Shown: positions 19,697-28,050 of the stretch, piece after piece
How the letters are laid out: each line of letters begins with the position of its first letter
How positions within the stretch are numbered: position 1 is the first letter of the stretch
Assembly: GCA_963666835.2 (NCBI GenBank)
Contig: CAXXGO010000001.1
Span: forward strand, 2,048,001-2,112,000
DNA length: 64,000 nucleotides
DNA from: Phycisphaerae bacterium
Lineage (GTDB): Bacteria; Planctomycetota; Phycisphaerae; UBA1845
Direction: 5' to 3'
Translations under genes and position numbers: made by a program
Notes under the pieces: generated by a model
What the model was told of the DNA's origin: nothing
Databases searched by the model: none
What the model saw: only the letters and a program-made list of their open reading frames with translations

Positions 19697-21520
19697 ATGA
19701 CTGATAGGCCGAGCGACCCGCATGATGTCGAAATCCGGGATTCCGTTCCCAGCGGTCTGGCGGTGTCCTCCGACCAGCCCTATCGCATTCTCGTTGTCGC
19801 CGATCTGGCGGGCTCGGCATCCGGGTCGGTCTCCGGGCCGGTTCACGACGGCGTTGTCGGTTTGAGTGCCGATAGCTTTGACGATGTGATGGCCGCGGCA
19901 CAGCCTTCCGTGACTCTCAAGATGACCGATCCGCTCAGTTCCGCCGGGGCGATGGTCGAAGTCAGTCTTCGTTTCGATTCGCTCAAGGGGTTTAATCCGT
20001 CTGCGGTAGCCGAGCAGATCCCGTCCGTGCAGGCTTTGACCAAGGCCCGGGCGATGATTGTGGAGCGTATGCGGGGTAAGACGTCTTCGCAGGCTCTGGC
20101 GGAGGGCATTGCCGCCGTGGTGGCGGCTGATGCCGAACTGACGTGGCTGACCGAATCGCTCCATTGGTCGCCGAGCGCGCCGGCGCCGACTTCCGACGCG
20201 GCGGAGGATCTGCTGGGCCAGATCGATTTCGGAGATGGGGACGCGGAGGAATCTGCTGCTCCGCCGAAGTCTCCGATCGGGGCGGCAGTGGCTGCCGCCG
20301 CCGGTGGGGCGGGGAGCATCTCGGCCAACGAGGCGTCGGCGATGCGCCGCACGTTGGGGGAGATAGACCGGCGGGTGTCCACCTGGCTGACGGCGGTGTT
20401 GCACGCGCCCGAGGTGCAGGGGATTGAGCGATCGTGGCGGTCTCTGGCGTTTTTGGTTTCGCATGTCGACTTCCGCCGCGGGATTCGCCTGTCCGTGATG
20501 CACGCCCCGGCAACTGCGCTGCTCGAGCGGTTCACCTCGTTGCTGATTGATCCGGTTTTCGATGAAGGGGCGGATGCTCCCAATCTGATTGTAGTGGATT
20601 CTCAGTTCGGAAACTCCGCGCCGGATCTCGAGGCCCTTGACGAGTTGGCCCAACACGGTGCCAGTCTTCCGGCTCTGGTCCTGGCCGGAGTCTCAGCGCC
20701 GTTCTTCGGTGTCAAACACGTGTGGCAGATGACGACGTTGCCCGCGGTCCCGAACCTGATGGATCAGTGGCAGTTCGCCAAGTACAAGACTCTGCGCGGT
20801 CAGCCGTATGCCACGGCGTTGTCAGTAGTGTTCGGACGCGGCCTGTTGCGGTCGTTGCACGGGCGGGACAAAGTCGCGGATCTCGAGTTCGCCTTCCGGG
20901 AGGCATGCACTACCGAGCGTGATCTGGTGTGGGCGGGTGGGCCGATCGTGGCCGCCTGTGCAATTGCCGATAGTGTGGCAAGGACTGGTTGGCCGACGAC
21001 CTTCTCGGGTATGGTGCACGGGCGAGTCGAGGGTTTCAAGACCGCCGAGGGCGGGAAGAAGGGCGACAAGAAGTTCGGTCCAAGTGACACCACGTTGGCG
21101 CAGGCGAAGATCGAAGAACTGGGCATGGCGGGCATCAATGCGGCCGTGGGGGTCGCGGACCACGAAGATGTCCTGGTCTGGAACGGAATGACCGTTGCCC
21201 GGGCTCGGCGCAACGATCCGGCGGCGCTGTTCGAGGTGAGCATGCCGTATCAGCTCTTCGCCGGCCGGTTGTCGGCGTTGCTATTCGCCTTGAAGCCAAG
21301 CCTCTCGGGTAAGGGCGGCGAAGAGGTCACCGCACTGGTGACAAAACACATGCGCGACTGGGTGCCATTCGAAGAAGAGCCCAGCGCGGAACAGCTTTCC
21401 GTGCAGACCCAACCCTCGGCAGACCATCCGGAGGTCCTCGATCTGGCCGTCACCGTTGTTCCGCCCTCCTCGCTGCTGCCCGGTGGCGTGCCGGTGGTGA
21501 TGGGATACCGTCTGGGCTGA
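19697..21520 (+). CDS. TssB-TssC (VipA-VipB) contractile-sheath-like fusion protein
   Basis: N-half PYRILVVADLAG..FDDVM..P.V...VEVSLRFDSLKGFNPSAVAEQIP is TssB-like. It is followed by IDRRVSTWLTAVLHAPEVQGIERSWRSLAFLV, which is TssC-like. RBS GAGGAGG. Confidence 0.75.
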   Translation: MTDRPSDPHDVEIRDSVPSGLAVSSDQPYRILVVADLAGSASGSVSGPVHDGVVGLSADSFDDVMAAAQPSVTLKMTDPLSSAGAMVEVSLRFDSLKGFNPSAVAEQIPSVQALTKARAMIVERMRGKTSSQALAEGIAAVVAADAELTWLTESLHWSPSAPAPTSDAAEDLLGQIDFGDGDAEESAAPPKSPIGAAVAAAAGGAGSISANEASAMRRTLGEIDRRVSTWLTAVLHAPEVQGIERSWRSLAFLVSHVDFRRGIRLSVMHAPATALLERFTSLLIDPVFDEGADAPNLIVVDSQFGNSAPDLEALDELAQHGASLPALVLAGVSAPFFGVKHVWQMTTLPAVPNLMDQWQFAKYKTLRGQPYATALSVVFGRGLLRSLHGRDKVADLEFAFREACTTERDLVWAGGPIVAACAIADSVARTGWPTTFSGMVHGRVEGFKTAEGGKKGDKKFGPSDTTLAQAKIEELGMAGINAAVGVADHEDVLVWNGMTVARARRNDPAALFEVSMPYQLFAGRLSALLFALKPSLSGKGGEEVTALVTKHMRDWVPFEEEPSAEQLSVQTQPSADHPEVLDLAVTVVPPSSLLPGGVPVVMGYRLG

Positions 21521-21710
21521 TCCACCGTGGCCTGGTGACTTCGTCCTGTCTCCGAACAGGCGCCACTGCGCGCCGACGCGACACGTCTTTGTCCGGTTGA
21601 GTTGCGCCGACGGCTTGCATTCGGTTGTTCAAGCGATTGGGTTTGACGTCCGGGCGAGCGGAGGCGACACTTCCTATATACGAATCTCTGAGCCCATTTG
21701 GAGATGAATC

Positions 21711-22277
21711 ATGTCACTCACGACAGGGCTGCACAAGGGGATGGTAATCCGCCACGAGGGTCAGCTCTTCTCGGTGCTGGATTTCCGGGTAATCCAGACC
21801 GGCAAGCAGAGACCCACCGTGCACGTGAAACTCCGGTCGGCGTCTACCGGGCACACCGGGGAGCGCACTCTCGACGAGTTGGGCAAGCTCGAAGAGGTGG
21901 CTACGGAGGTCCGGCAGATGCAGTATCTATACCCGGATCGATCCGACCGGGTCTTCATGGACACGGGGACTTTCGAGCAGTACTCCCTGGGCGAGGACGT
22001 TCTCGGCGAGAGTCTGCCGTTTCTGGTCGAGCAAGAGACCTACTCGATCCTGACGATTGAGGAGCAGCCGGTATCTCTGCAGATCCCCGCGGTCGTGGTA
22101 ATGGAGGTGGTCGACACGGCCCCGCCGCAGCACGGCGGCGGAGGCAGCACCGTGCAGAAGGAGGCCACGCTCAATAGCGGGTTGGCCATCCAAGTGCCGC
22201 TGTTTATCAAAAATGGCGACAAGATCCGCGTCAAGGTCGAAAACCGCGAGTATCAGGGCAAGGAGCACGATTCTTGA
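21711..22277 (+). CDS. efp: elongation factor P family protein (3' end supplied by the integrated element)
   Basis: LHKGMVI, RQMQYLY, FMDTGTFEQ, VVDTAP, KEATLNSGLAIQVPLFIKNGDKIRV. The tip loop is TGKQ instead of PGKG. Confidence 0.88.
   Translation: MSLTTGLHKGMVIRHEGQLFSVLDFRVIQTGKQRPTVHVKLRSASTGHTGERTLDELGKLEEVATEVRQMQYLYPDRSDRVFMDTGTFEQYSLGEDVLGESLPFLVEQETYSILTIEEQPVSLQIPAVVVMEVVDTAPPQHGGGGSTVQKEATLNSGLAIQVPLFIKNGDKIRVKVENREYQGKEHDS
22204..22268 (+). repeat. attL: direct repeat at the efp 3' end
   Basis: 46-bp identical core TTATCAAAAATGGCGACAAGATCCGCGTCAAGGTCGAAAACCGCGA (22204-22249 = 38566-38611). It extends to 65 bp with 3 synonymous mismatches. Confidence 0.95.
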
Positions 22278-22292
22278 CCGCTGGCAAACTGT

Positions 22293-22326
22293 GAGCGCCC
22301 CCTCTTCAACGGTTGCGCCCCCTCTT
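22293..22326 (+). promoter_or_regulatory. putative integrase arm-type sites (left)
   Basis: GCGCCCCCTCTT twice (22295, 22315). The same motif occurs near attR. Confidence 0.65.
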
Positions 22327-22602
22327 GCGGGGAAGATTCGCTGAGCCGAGAGCGGTGGGGGAAAGGCCCGGTTCGTCGCAAAAGGGGGGCAGAGTGCCCC
22401 AGAATCGCCCCCTGCTGGCCGTTCTCATCGGATGTGAGCAGATAGACCCTGGAAGTGCTCAGAGGGCCTTATATCGATTCGCTGACGTGCATGGCACCGC
22501 AGCCGGCGGCCGATGGAAGAGGACACCGACTCACCGGCGCGGTTTCGCCATGTTCGTTCGCTGAGAACCCCGGTATCGAGCCGATTTCAGCCAACTCCGA
22601 AG

Positions 22603-22788
22603 CTACCATGAGCCCCGTTTCGACAGTTCCCCGGGTTCGAGGTCGTCTTCGTCCTCTTCACGGAGTCGCTGATTGACGTGACCGCGAACCGTCTGCAGGG
22701 TGGGCCCATCTCGCTGTTCGTACTCGCGTAAAGCGTCCTTCACGATCTGGTCGCGGTGGTCAGCCTTCTCTTGATCGCGCCCGTTCAT
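22603..22788 (-). CDS. small hypothetical protein (element)
   Basis: Part of an ATGA-coupled chain of small ORFs on the minus strand. Confidence 0.5.
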   Translation of the reverse strand: MNGRDQEKADHRDQIVKDALREYEQRDGPTLQTVRGHVNQRLREEDEDDLEPGELSKRGSW

Positions 22789-22973
22789 TTGCTGATGATC
22801 TTGTGCCAGATCTCAGCATCCAGAACCTCTTGATCGTCCAGCTCTACCAACCCCTTACTGGCGAGTTCTCGATCTATGTACCCGGCCAACGACCCATCGG
22901 CCCGATGCTCACGTGGATCGTACGCCCTGACGCACTTTCCGATGATCTCGCGTCGTTTATCATTACCGCTCAT
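22785..22973 (-). CDS. small hypothetical protein (element)
   Basis: 4-bp start/stop overlaps with both neighbours. Confidence 0.55.
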   Translation of the reverse strand: MSGNDKRREIIGKCVRAYDPREHRADGSLAGYIDRELASKGLVELDDQEVLDAEIWHKIISK

Positions 22974-23230
22974 ACCGTGCCCCCAATCATCATTAGCCCT
23001 ACATCATGCATCGCCCACTGATCGCCCGGACCCAATCTCGGCAGACCAGCTAACCCGAGCACAACGTTGACAACACCTCGACCCGTGCCCTGCTCTTGCT
23101 TCGGTAAAGCGCAATACCCGCTGAACGCTGCCCGAATAAGTCGACCCCGTACAGGCAGGCCATCGCAAGCATGAACTGCCAAGCATCGAGCACAATCGCA
23201 CTGTTCGGGTTCCTTCCGATGTGCAGGCAT
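22970..23230 (-). CDS. small Cys-containing hypothetical protein (element)
   Basis: Coupled to neighbours; CDCARC motif. Confidence 0.45.
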   Translation of the reverse strand: MPAHRKEPEQCDCARCLAVHACDGLPVRGRLIRAAFSGYCALPKQEQGTGRGVVNVVLGLAGLPRLGPGDQWAMHDVGLMMIGGTV

Positions 23231-23233
23231 TCT

Positions 23234-23566
23234 CTACAGCCCTCGCAATGCCCGTGCAGCCTTGTCGATGTCCGCCACGAAGTTGACATCTGCGATGAGT
23301 CGTCGCCGCACCAACAAGGCAACAAAGCTCGCTAGTGCCTGTTCTGGGTTCGGTGCATCTCTGAACACAGGGTGCCTCGATGCCTCACTGATGAAGTCCG
23401 CCGTCTCGCGTTCGTCCATCGGTCTTGCGGGCATGAATCCGATCGGGCTCGCGTCGTCTTCGATAAGCTCAAGTCGATCGACTGTTGCCGACGGTGGATT
23501 CTCAACAGGTGCGCCGGCCTTCATGACAGATCGGCGCGGGTCTACTCTCTTGCGCGTCGCTCGCAT
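23234..23566 (-). CDS. hypothetical protein (element)
   Basis: ATG 4 nt after the TerS-like stop, with a GAGGG RBS. Confidence 0.55.
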   Translation of the reverse strand: MRATRKRVDPRRSVMKAGAPVENPPSATVDRLELIEDDASPIGFMPARPMDERETADFISEASRHPVFRDAPNPEQALASFVALLVRRRLIADVNFVADIDKAARALRGL

Positions 23567-23570
23567 ATTC

Positions 23571-23945
23571 TCACCCTCTTTTCTTCGTGGTCGACTCTGG
23601 TAACGTCGAAACAGGTTTCCAGTCCTTGGGCGGCGGTTGCTCAAATAGGATGATGTTAACTTGTTTGACGGCTACCTCCGGCCCAACGTCTTTCGGTAAT
23701 ACCGATGCCACTAACTTGGCGTACGTCGTGGGCGCTGTCTTAGCGATCTCCTTGAGTACCTTATCACCGTTGACCGTGTTCCAGGACCGTAAGATCCGTT
23801 CTCGGAGTGCTGCTACATCGAAGTCTCCATCGTCCTCCGGCTTCTTACGTTTTCGACCCTTTTGAACCTTCGCACCCTTGCCGAATTGGCCTTTAGAGTT
23901 TCGCTTTGCGGCCAGCTCATCGAATGGGACGTCACTTTTGGCCAT
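23571..23945 (-). CDS. terminase small subunit-like protein (DUF5681-like)
   Basis: RNSKGQFGKG..KGRK N-terminal motif and P..YAKLVASVLPKDV, features I associate with proteins encoded upstream of phage TerL. Confidence 0.55.
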   Translation of the reverse strand: MAKSDVPFDELAAKRNSKGQFGKGAKVQKGRKRKKPEDDGDFDVAALRERILRSWNTVNGDKVLKEIAKTAPTTYAKLVASVLPKDVGPEVAVKQVNIILFEQPPPKDWKPVSTLPESTTKKRG

Positions 23946-24762
23946 CGTCCTTGCCCTTCAAGGGTGTCGTCTCCGTGGCATCGAAAGCAGGGTAAAGCTC
24001 TCTGACGATATCGCGCCATGTCACGATGGTCGATGGCTTCGGCGTCTTCACCAGCTCCACCGCCGCGTTCCACCGCTCGACTGAATTAGTAATCTCGGGG
24101 TTCGGTGGATCACCCTTCAAGACCTTGCGTGCCATGTGCCACTCGTGATAACGCTCTTCCGCCTCGCGTTCCCTCGGCATCCGTAGTTCGATGCGCCGTT
24201 CGATCTGCGCGTCGAAAACGTCCTTAGGCACCTCGACGAAGGGGGCATCAGGATCAGTTTCGGCGATAACAGCCCCTCGACACGTCAGCGTGTGCTTGTC
24301 TAGGTCCGCTTGCGTCAGCACGTTGGCATCGAGTAGCTCCGGGTGCTCAGCTTCGAGCAGTTGTAGAGCCGCTCTCGCCTTGATCGCATCATCCCGAGCA
24401 ACACTCGCCCCGTGGCTCTCCATTTTCAACCGATACGCCTCTTGCTGTCGTTGCTCGATAATTGCATCGGTCTCCGCGTCAAAGTCGATCCGATCGCGAG
24501 CAGCTATTAAAGCCGCTTCCTGTAGTTCCGGTATCCGCGCAGCCTCGACCCGCAATTGCTCTGCACGTCGGACGATGCCGACCCACGTATCGAACTCCTG
24601 CGAAGTGACATTGCCCTTGCACGAGCATTCTGCGAACGCTGCCACGTCAGCATCAGTCATCTTCCGCCCGGCTGCCTCTTTCCTTGCCAGGTTAATCAGC
24701 TTCTTGTGAGCGCCCTTCGCTGAATCCGCCAGTCTCGTCTCTGCCTTCGCCGTCAAACTCAT
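23932..24762 (-). CDS. coiled-coil hypothetical protein (element)
   Basis: Long Ala/Glu-rich helical ORF. GAGGAG RBS before MSLTAK. Confidence 0.65.
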   Translation of the reverse strand: MSLTAKAETRLADSAKGAHKKLINLARKEAAGRKMTDADVAAFAECSCKGNVTSQEFDTWVGIVRRAEQLRVEAARIPELQEAALIAARDRIDFDAETDAIIEQRQQEAYRLKMESHGASVARDDAIKARAALQLLEAEHPELLDANVLTQADLDKHTLTCRGAVIAETDPDAPFVEVPKDVFDAQIERRIELRMPREREAEERYHEWHMARKVLKGDPPNPEITNSVERWNAAVELVKTPKPSTIVTWRDIVRELYPAFDATETTPLKGKDDGQK

Positions 24763-25354
24763 CGTCTGTACTCTCCTCTTCAAGTGATACGCCCCCAGCA
24801 AAGGGGACACCGTGTTTCCGTAGTAACCAGTGAACTTGGTCACCGCTCAGTTCTTCATTTTCCATTAGAGCGCCCGCAACCGCCTTGATCGCTGGCCAAT
24901 GCTCTTGAAGTACCTGTCTGGCGTTTGCCCGGGCTCGTTCGTGCTCTTTTGCTTGTCGCTCTGGATCGTCTGGCCAAGCCGCTTCGGCAACGTCATTAGC
25001 CGACCGCCAATCGCCCGATGAACGCTTCTGCTCCTCTAGCAGGAGTTGTTCTGCAACCTCGCCCGCATGAAGAAACATCAACTCGGCACCTGGCTCAACC
25101 TCGTAACCTCTGGACCAGATAGCACCCCACCGTTGTGCGTCCTTATCCTGCTTGATGTTGAGTCGCGTGACGGTCACACCACTCAGGTGTTGGCAGATCG
25201 CGTGCCCCGCTTCGTGGTGTGCTGATCTTGGCATCGCAAACGCCCAGGCAAGCTTCTGCGTCATTGCGTCCAATCGATTCGCCTCGCGCTCTTCCGGGGT
25301 GGGCTCAGAGAGAATAGTGACCTTCGTGGCTGGGATCTTGATAACGTCACTCAT
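24692..25354 (-). CDS. stand-alone M41 (FtsH protease domain)-like zinc metallopeptidase
   Basis: SAHHEAGHA, HAGEVAE, SAND, HWPAIKAVAGALMENEELSGDQV. Confidence 0.7.
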   Translation of the reverse strand: MSDVIKIPATKVTILSEPTPEEREANRLDAMTQKLAWAFAMPRSAHHEAGHAICQHLSGVTVTRLNIKQDKDAQRWGAIWSRGYEVEPGAELMFLHAGEVAEQLLLEEQKRSSGDWRSANDVAEAAWPDDPERQAKEHERARANARQVLQEHWPAIKAVAGALMENEELSGDQVHWLLRKHGVPFAGGVSLEEESTDDEFDGEGRDETGGFSEGRSQEAD

Positions 25355-25911
25355 CCCCCCCGATGCCTCCGCACTGTTGCCACTACATCGGCACCAGTAA
25401 TCCGCTCTCGCGCAAGAAGCTGCTCAGCAAGGTCAACGATGACCGGCCAGTGTTTGCAGACCAGATCCCACGCCACATCGTAGTATGTCTCCAATTGCCG
25501 CACACTTCGATAAACGGTATCGCTCTCGGAGCAACATAAACCCCAAGCAGTATGAAAGTCCTCACAGTATTTCCGCTCACATGGCGGTTTATGTCCTACG
25601 AGTTTTCCCGCTGCCAGCTCGCCCGCAAGGTTGATCAGCACTTCGTCTCGCACCGGTACGTTGGCCGGTCGCATCCAACCACAAGAACCCGTGCACGCAG
25701 GAACGCCGTTAGACTTGGGGCTCGGTCGAATCGTCGCAAAGTCAACACCGTAACCCAGGACATTGGCAATAACCGCATGCCCCGACTCGTGAACCGCAGT
25801 CCGTGAACGCTTGTTCGTACCGAGGCTCTGTCGCCGGACAGGGCGAGACACTAGCCGTATGCGCGGGGCAGGTAAGCGTATCGCTTCACAGCTTGGCATC
25901 GGTGGTCCCAT
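25351..25911 (-). CDS. second stand-alone M41-like zinc metallopeptidase
   Basis: TAVHESGHAVIA, LAGELA, EDF, HWPVIVDLAEQLLARERITGADV. Confidence 0.7.
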   Translation of the reverse strand: MGPPMPSCEAIRLPAPRIRLVSRPVRRQSLGTNKRSRTAVHESGHAVIANVLGYGVDFATIRPSPKSNGVPACTGSCGWMRPANVPVRDEVLINLAGELAAGKLVGHKPPCERKYCEDFHTAWGLCCSESDTVYRSVRQLETYYDVAWDLVCKHWPVIVDLAEQLLARERITGADVVATVRRHRGG

Positions 25912-26107
25912 GGATGAGTCTCAGCCCGAGCGCCCCGAGCAATCGATCTAACGCCGTCAGTGCTAAGCCGCGTTGCCCTCGCAGGAACCTCGATAAGCTG
26001 GTTTCGCTGATTCCCGAACGCTCGCAAACCTCGCGCTGAGATAATCCGGACCGTTGAATACGGCGTTGAACCTGGAGCGCAATCGGTTCGCCCATTTGGC
26101 TTGGCAT
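25886..26107 (-). CDS. XRE/Cro-type HTH regulator
   Basis: SGLSQREVCERSGISETSLSRFLRGQRGL. Confidence 0.85.
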   Translation of the reverse strand: MPSQMGEPIALQVQRRIQRSGLSQREVCERSGISETSLSRFLRGQRGLALTALDRLLGALGLRLIHGTTDAKL

Positions 26108-26179
26108 TTGAACACCCCTGTTCAAAACATCACTCTACAACCCCGCGCGGCATTGTACCGAATATGGCATGCCTGTCAA
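26107..26179 (-). promoter_or_regulatory. sigma70-type promoter plus palindromic operator for the XRE/peptidase/TerS operon
   Basis: TTGACA-N16-TACAAT (26179-26152). Perfect IR TTTGAACA-cccc-TGTTCAAA (26107-26126) lies over the translation start. Confidence 0.65.
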
Positions 26180-26467
26180 GCAACCTAAGGAAAAAGTGCC
26201 GAGAATTTGTCAGGACCAGATACCTAACACCGCGTATCATCGGTAGGGCACCTCCCGGAAGAACAAGATCTCGACCGCGGCGCAAAAAACGAGCCCAGTG
26301 CATCGTTCACCAGGCCCGCCCCCATCGTACGCTCGCACGACGGTAACCGAATGCCAAAGGTGCTGACCGGCAAGGAGAGCCAAACCCCACCGGCCAGCAA
26401 GACAAGCCGAACAATGGAACCCGGCTCGCCTAAGCCGCGCGCCCCCAGCGCGACAGGATCGAATCTC

Positions 26468-27385
26468 TTACGGGATCGCCGGGTAGATGAATCCAGACTT
26501 CGTAACCGCACCAGTGTGATAGTTCTCACACAGCGTCATCCCCGTACCGACAAACGGAGTCCCGTCTTCGTCAAGATCTCCGCTCAAGTTCCGTGCAATG
26601 ATGCCCGTGTTGGTCGCGCCTGCAAACTCGATGACATGCACGCTATCGTTCGCGTCGTTGTCGATCAGGTTATCCGTCACCGCGAGGTTCTGGAAAAGCT
26701 CCGTTCCCGGACTTCCGATGATCGCGCTGTCCGCAACATAATCACCTTGGATCTGATTACCTCGAACCGTGCAATGATCTTGATCCTTTACGAACCAGAT
26801 CGCGTTAGTGTTCGCTGCGTCTGGCTGGTAGATAACGCAATCCTCGATCAGCAGGCCATCACAGTCATTGTCCGCCGTACCGACGTTGATGCCGATCTTG
26901 AAGTTCTCATCGGTCGTGATCTCATTGATGAAAACCTTGCGAATGGTTACACCCTTGGCCTTGACGTCAATTGCCTTAGCGACATCCTCATGACCAGCGT
27001 CAAGCTCGACGTTCTGCAGCAACGTATCCGCACCACTGATGAGGATGTGGGCAGTGGACGCACCATCGATCAAGAAGGTAGGTCGGCGAGACCAACCACC
27101 CAAACCGATGACCCGCAGGCCCACAACATCCAACGTCAAGGACGGGTTACCCGTGAGCGTCTCAGCGTGCCCAGGCAACACATAGATTGTATCACCCGTG
27201 CTCGCCGCAGTCTCAGCGTAAACGAGAGTAGCAAACGGTAGTTCAGGGCTCTCACCGTGCGTTGTTGCGTCTTCTGCGTTGGTTGCAGTTGAACTAACCC
27301 AGAGAAACCGACCTTCGCATTGAACCGCATGATCGGCAAAAAACATCCCACCGCTACCGGATCGCGTACAGAATTTAGTGTCCAT
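26468..27385 (-). CDS. right-handed beta-helix (pectin-lyase-like) protein, possibly virion-associated
   Basis: GESPELPFATL, GDTIYVLPGHAET, repeated I/V-x-x-N-x-I beta-coil patterns (TVRGNQI, VTDNLI, IARNL). No signal peptide. Confidence 0.7.
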   Translation of the reverse strand: MDTKFCTRSGSGGMFFADHAVQCEGRFLWVSSTATNAEDATTHGESPELPFATLVYAETAASTGDTIYVLPGHAETLTGNPSLTLDVVGLRVIGLGGWSRRPTFLIDGASTAHILISGADTLLQNVELDAGHEDVAKAIDVKAKGVTIRKVFINEITTDENFKIGINVGTADNDCDGLLIEDCVIYQPDAANTNAIWFVKDQDHCTVRGNQIQGDYVADSAIIGSPGTELFQNLAVTDNLIDNDANDSVHVIEFAGATNTGIIARNLSGDLDEDGTPFVGTGMTLCENYHTGAVTKSGFIYPAIP

Positions 27386-27752
27386 CGGCTGACACCTCCT
27401 CAAGCTCGTCCGCCGTACACTCGACAACCTGCCGCAAGACGCAACAAGCACCCAGAGCGAAACCTCGAATCCAGTCAACCAGGCCGCGGTTGCCCAGTGC
27501 CGGTTGCATCTCGGACATACAATCGCGAATGGCAATCTCGCGAGTGCGCGGGCACTCACCATCCGAGTTCTCAGCCTCTCGCCTAATGAAGTCCAGGTCC
27601 TGCAGGTTCGCCCGTGTGACCGCCCACTTGCGACCGCAGACCATGCCCGCGCGTTCACGTTGGGCCCGCTGAACCTCTGCGCTACCCTCGAACCCCGGGA
27701 ACCGCTCCCGAAGTTGTGCCAATTCGTTGTCAGTCAATAGCATCGTCGTCAC
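27375..27752 (-). CDS. hypothetical protein (element)
   Basis: Overlaps the start of the beta-helix gene by 11 bp; plausible globular sequence. Confidence 0.5.
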   Translation of the reverse strand: MTTMLLTDNELAQLRERFPGFEGSAEVQRAQRERAGMVCGRKWAVTRANLQDLDFIRREAENSDGECPRTREIAIRDCMSEMQPALGNRGLVDWIRGFALGACCVLRQVVECTADELEEVSADGH

Positions 27753-28050
27753 CCCTAATCTTTTTCACTCGTACCCCCAAGGCCCACCGATCCCCATCGG
27801 TCGGTCAGTATTTGCCGGATCGCTACCATAATCATCGGCCGGAGTATACCCGAAACGCCAGGGTTCTGCAAGACACCTATATGGCACTGAGGGGGTAACA
27901 AACACCTAAACTGTGGGTGTGGGTCGTTTGTGTCAGAGGGGGGACATCGGGGAAGGGAGAAGTAAAGGTGGTTGAAAAAGTGCCGAAGTGAAGCGATCCC
28001 CGGCAGACGGGCGCGAGACCGACCCGCCCACCGGGGTCCTCGGTTGTTGG

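Noticed and set aside
19697..21520. Functional T6SS locus
   Set aside because: Only the sheath-like gene is present in the window.
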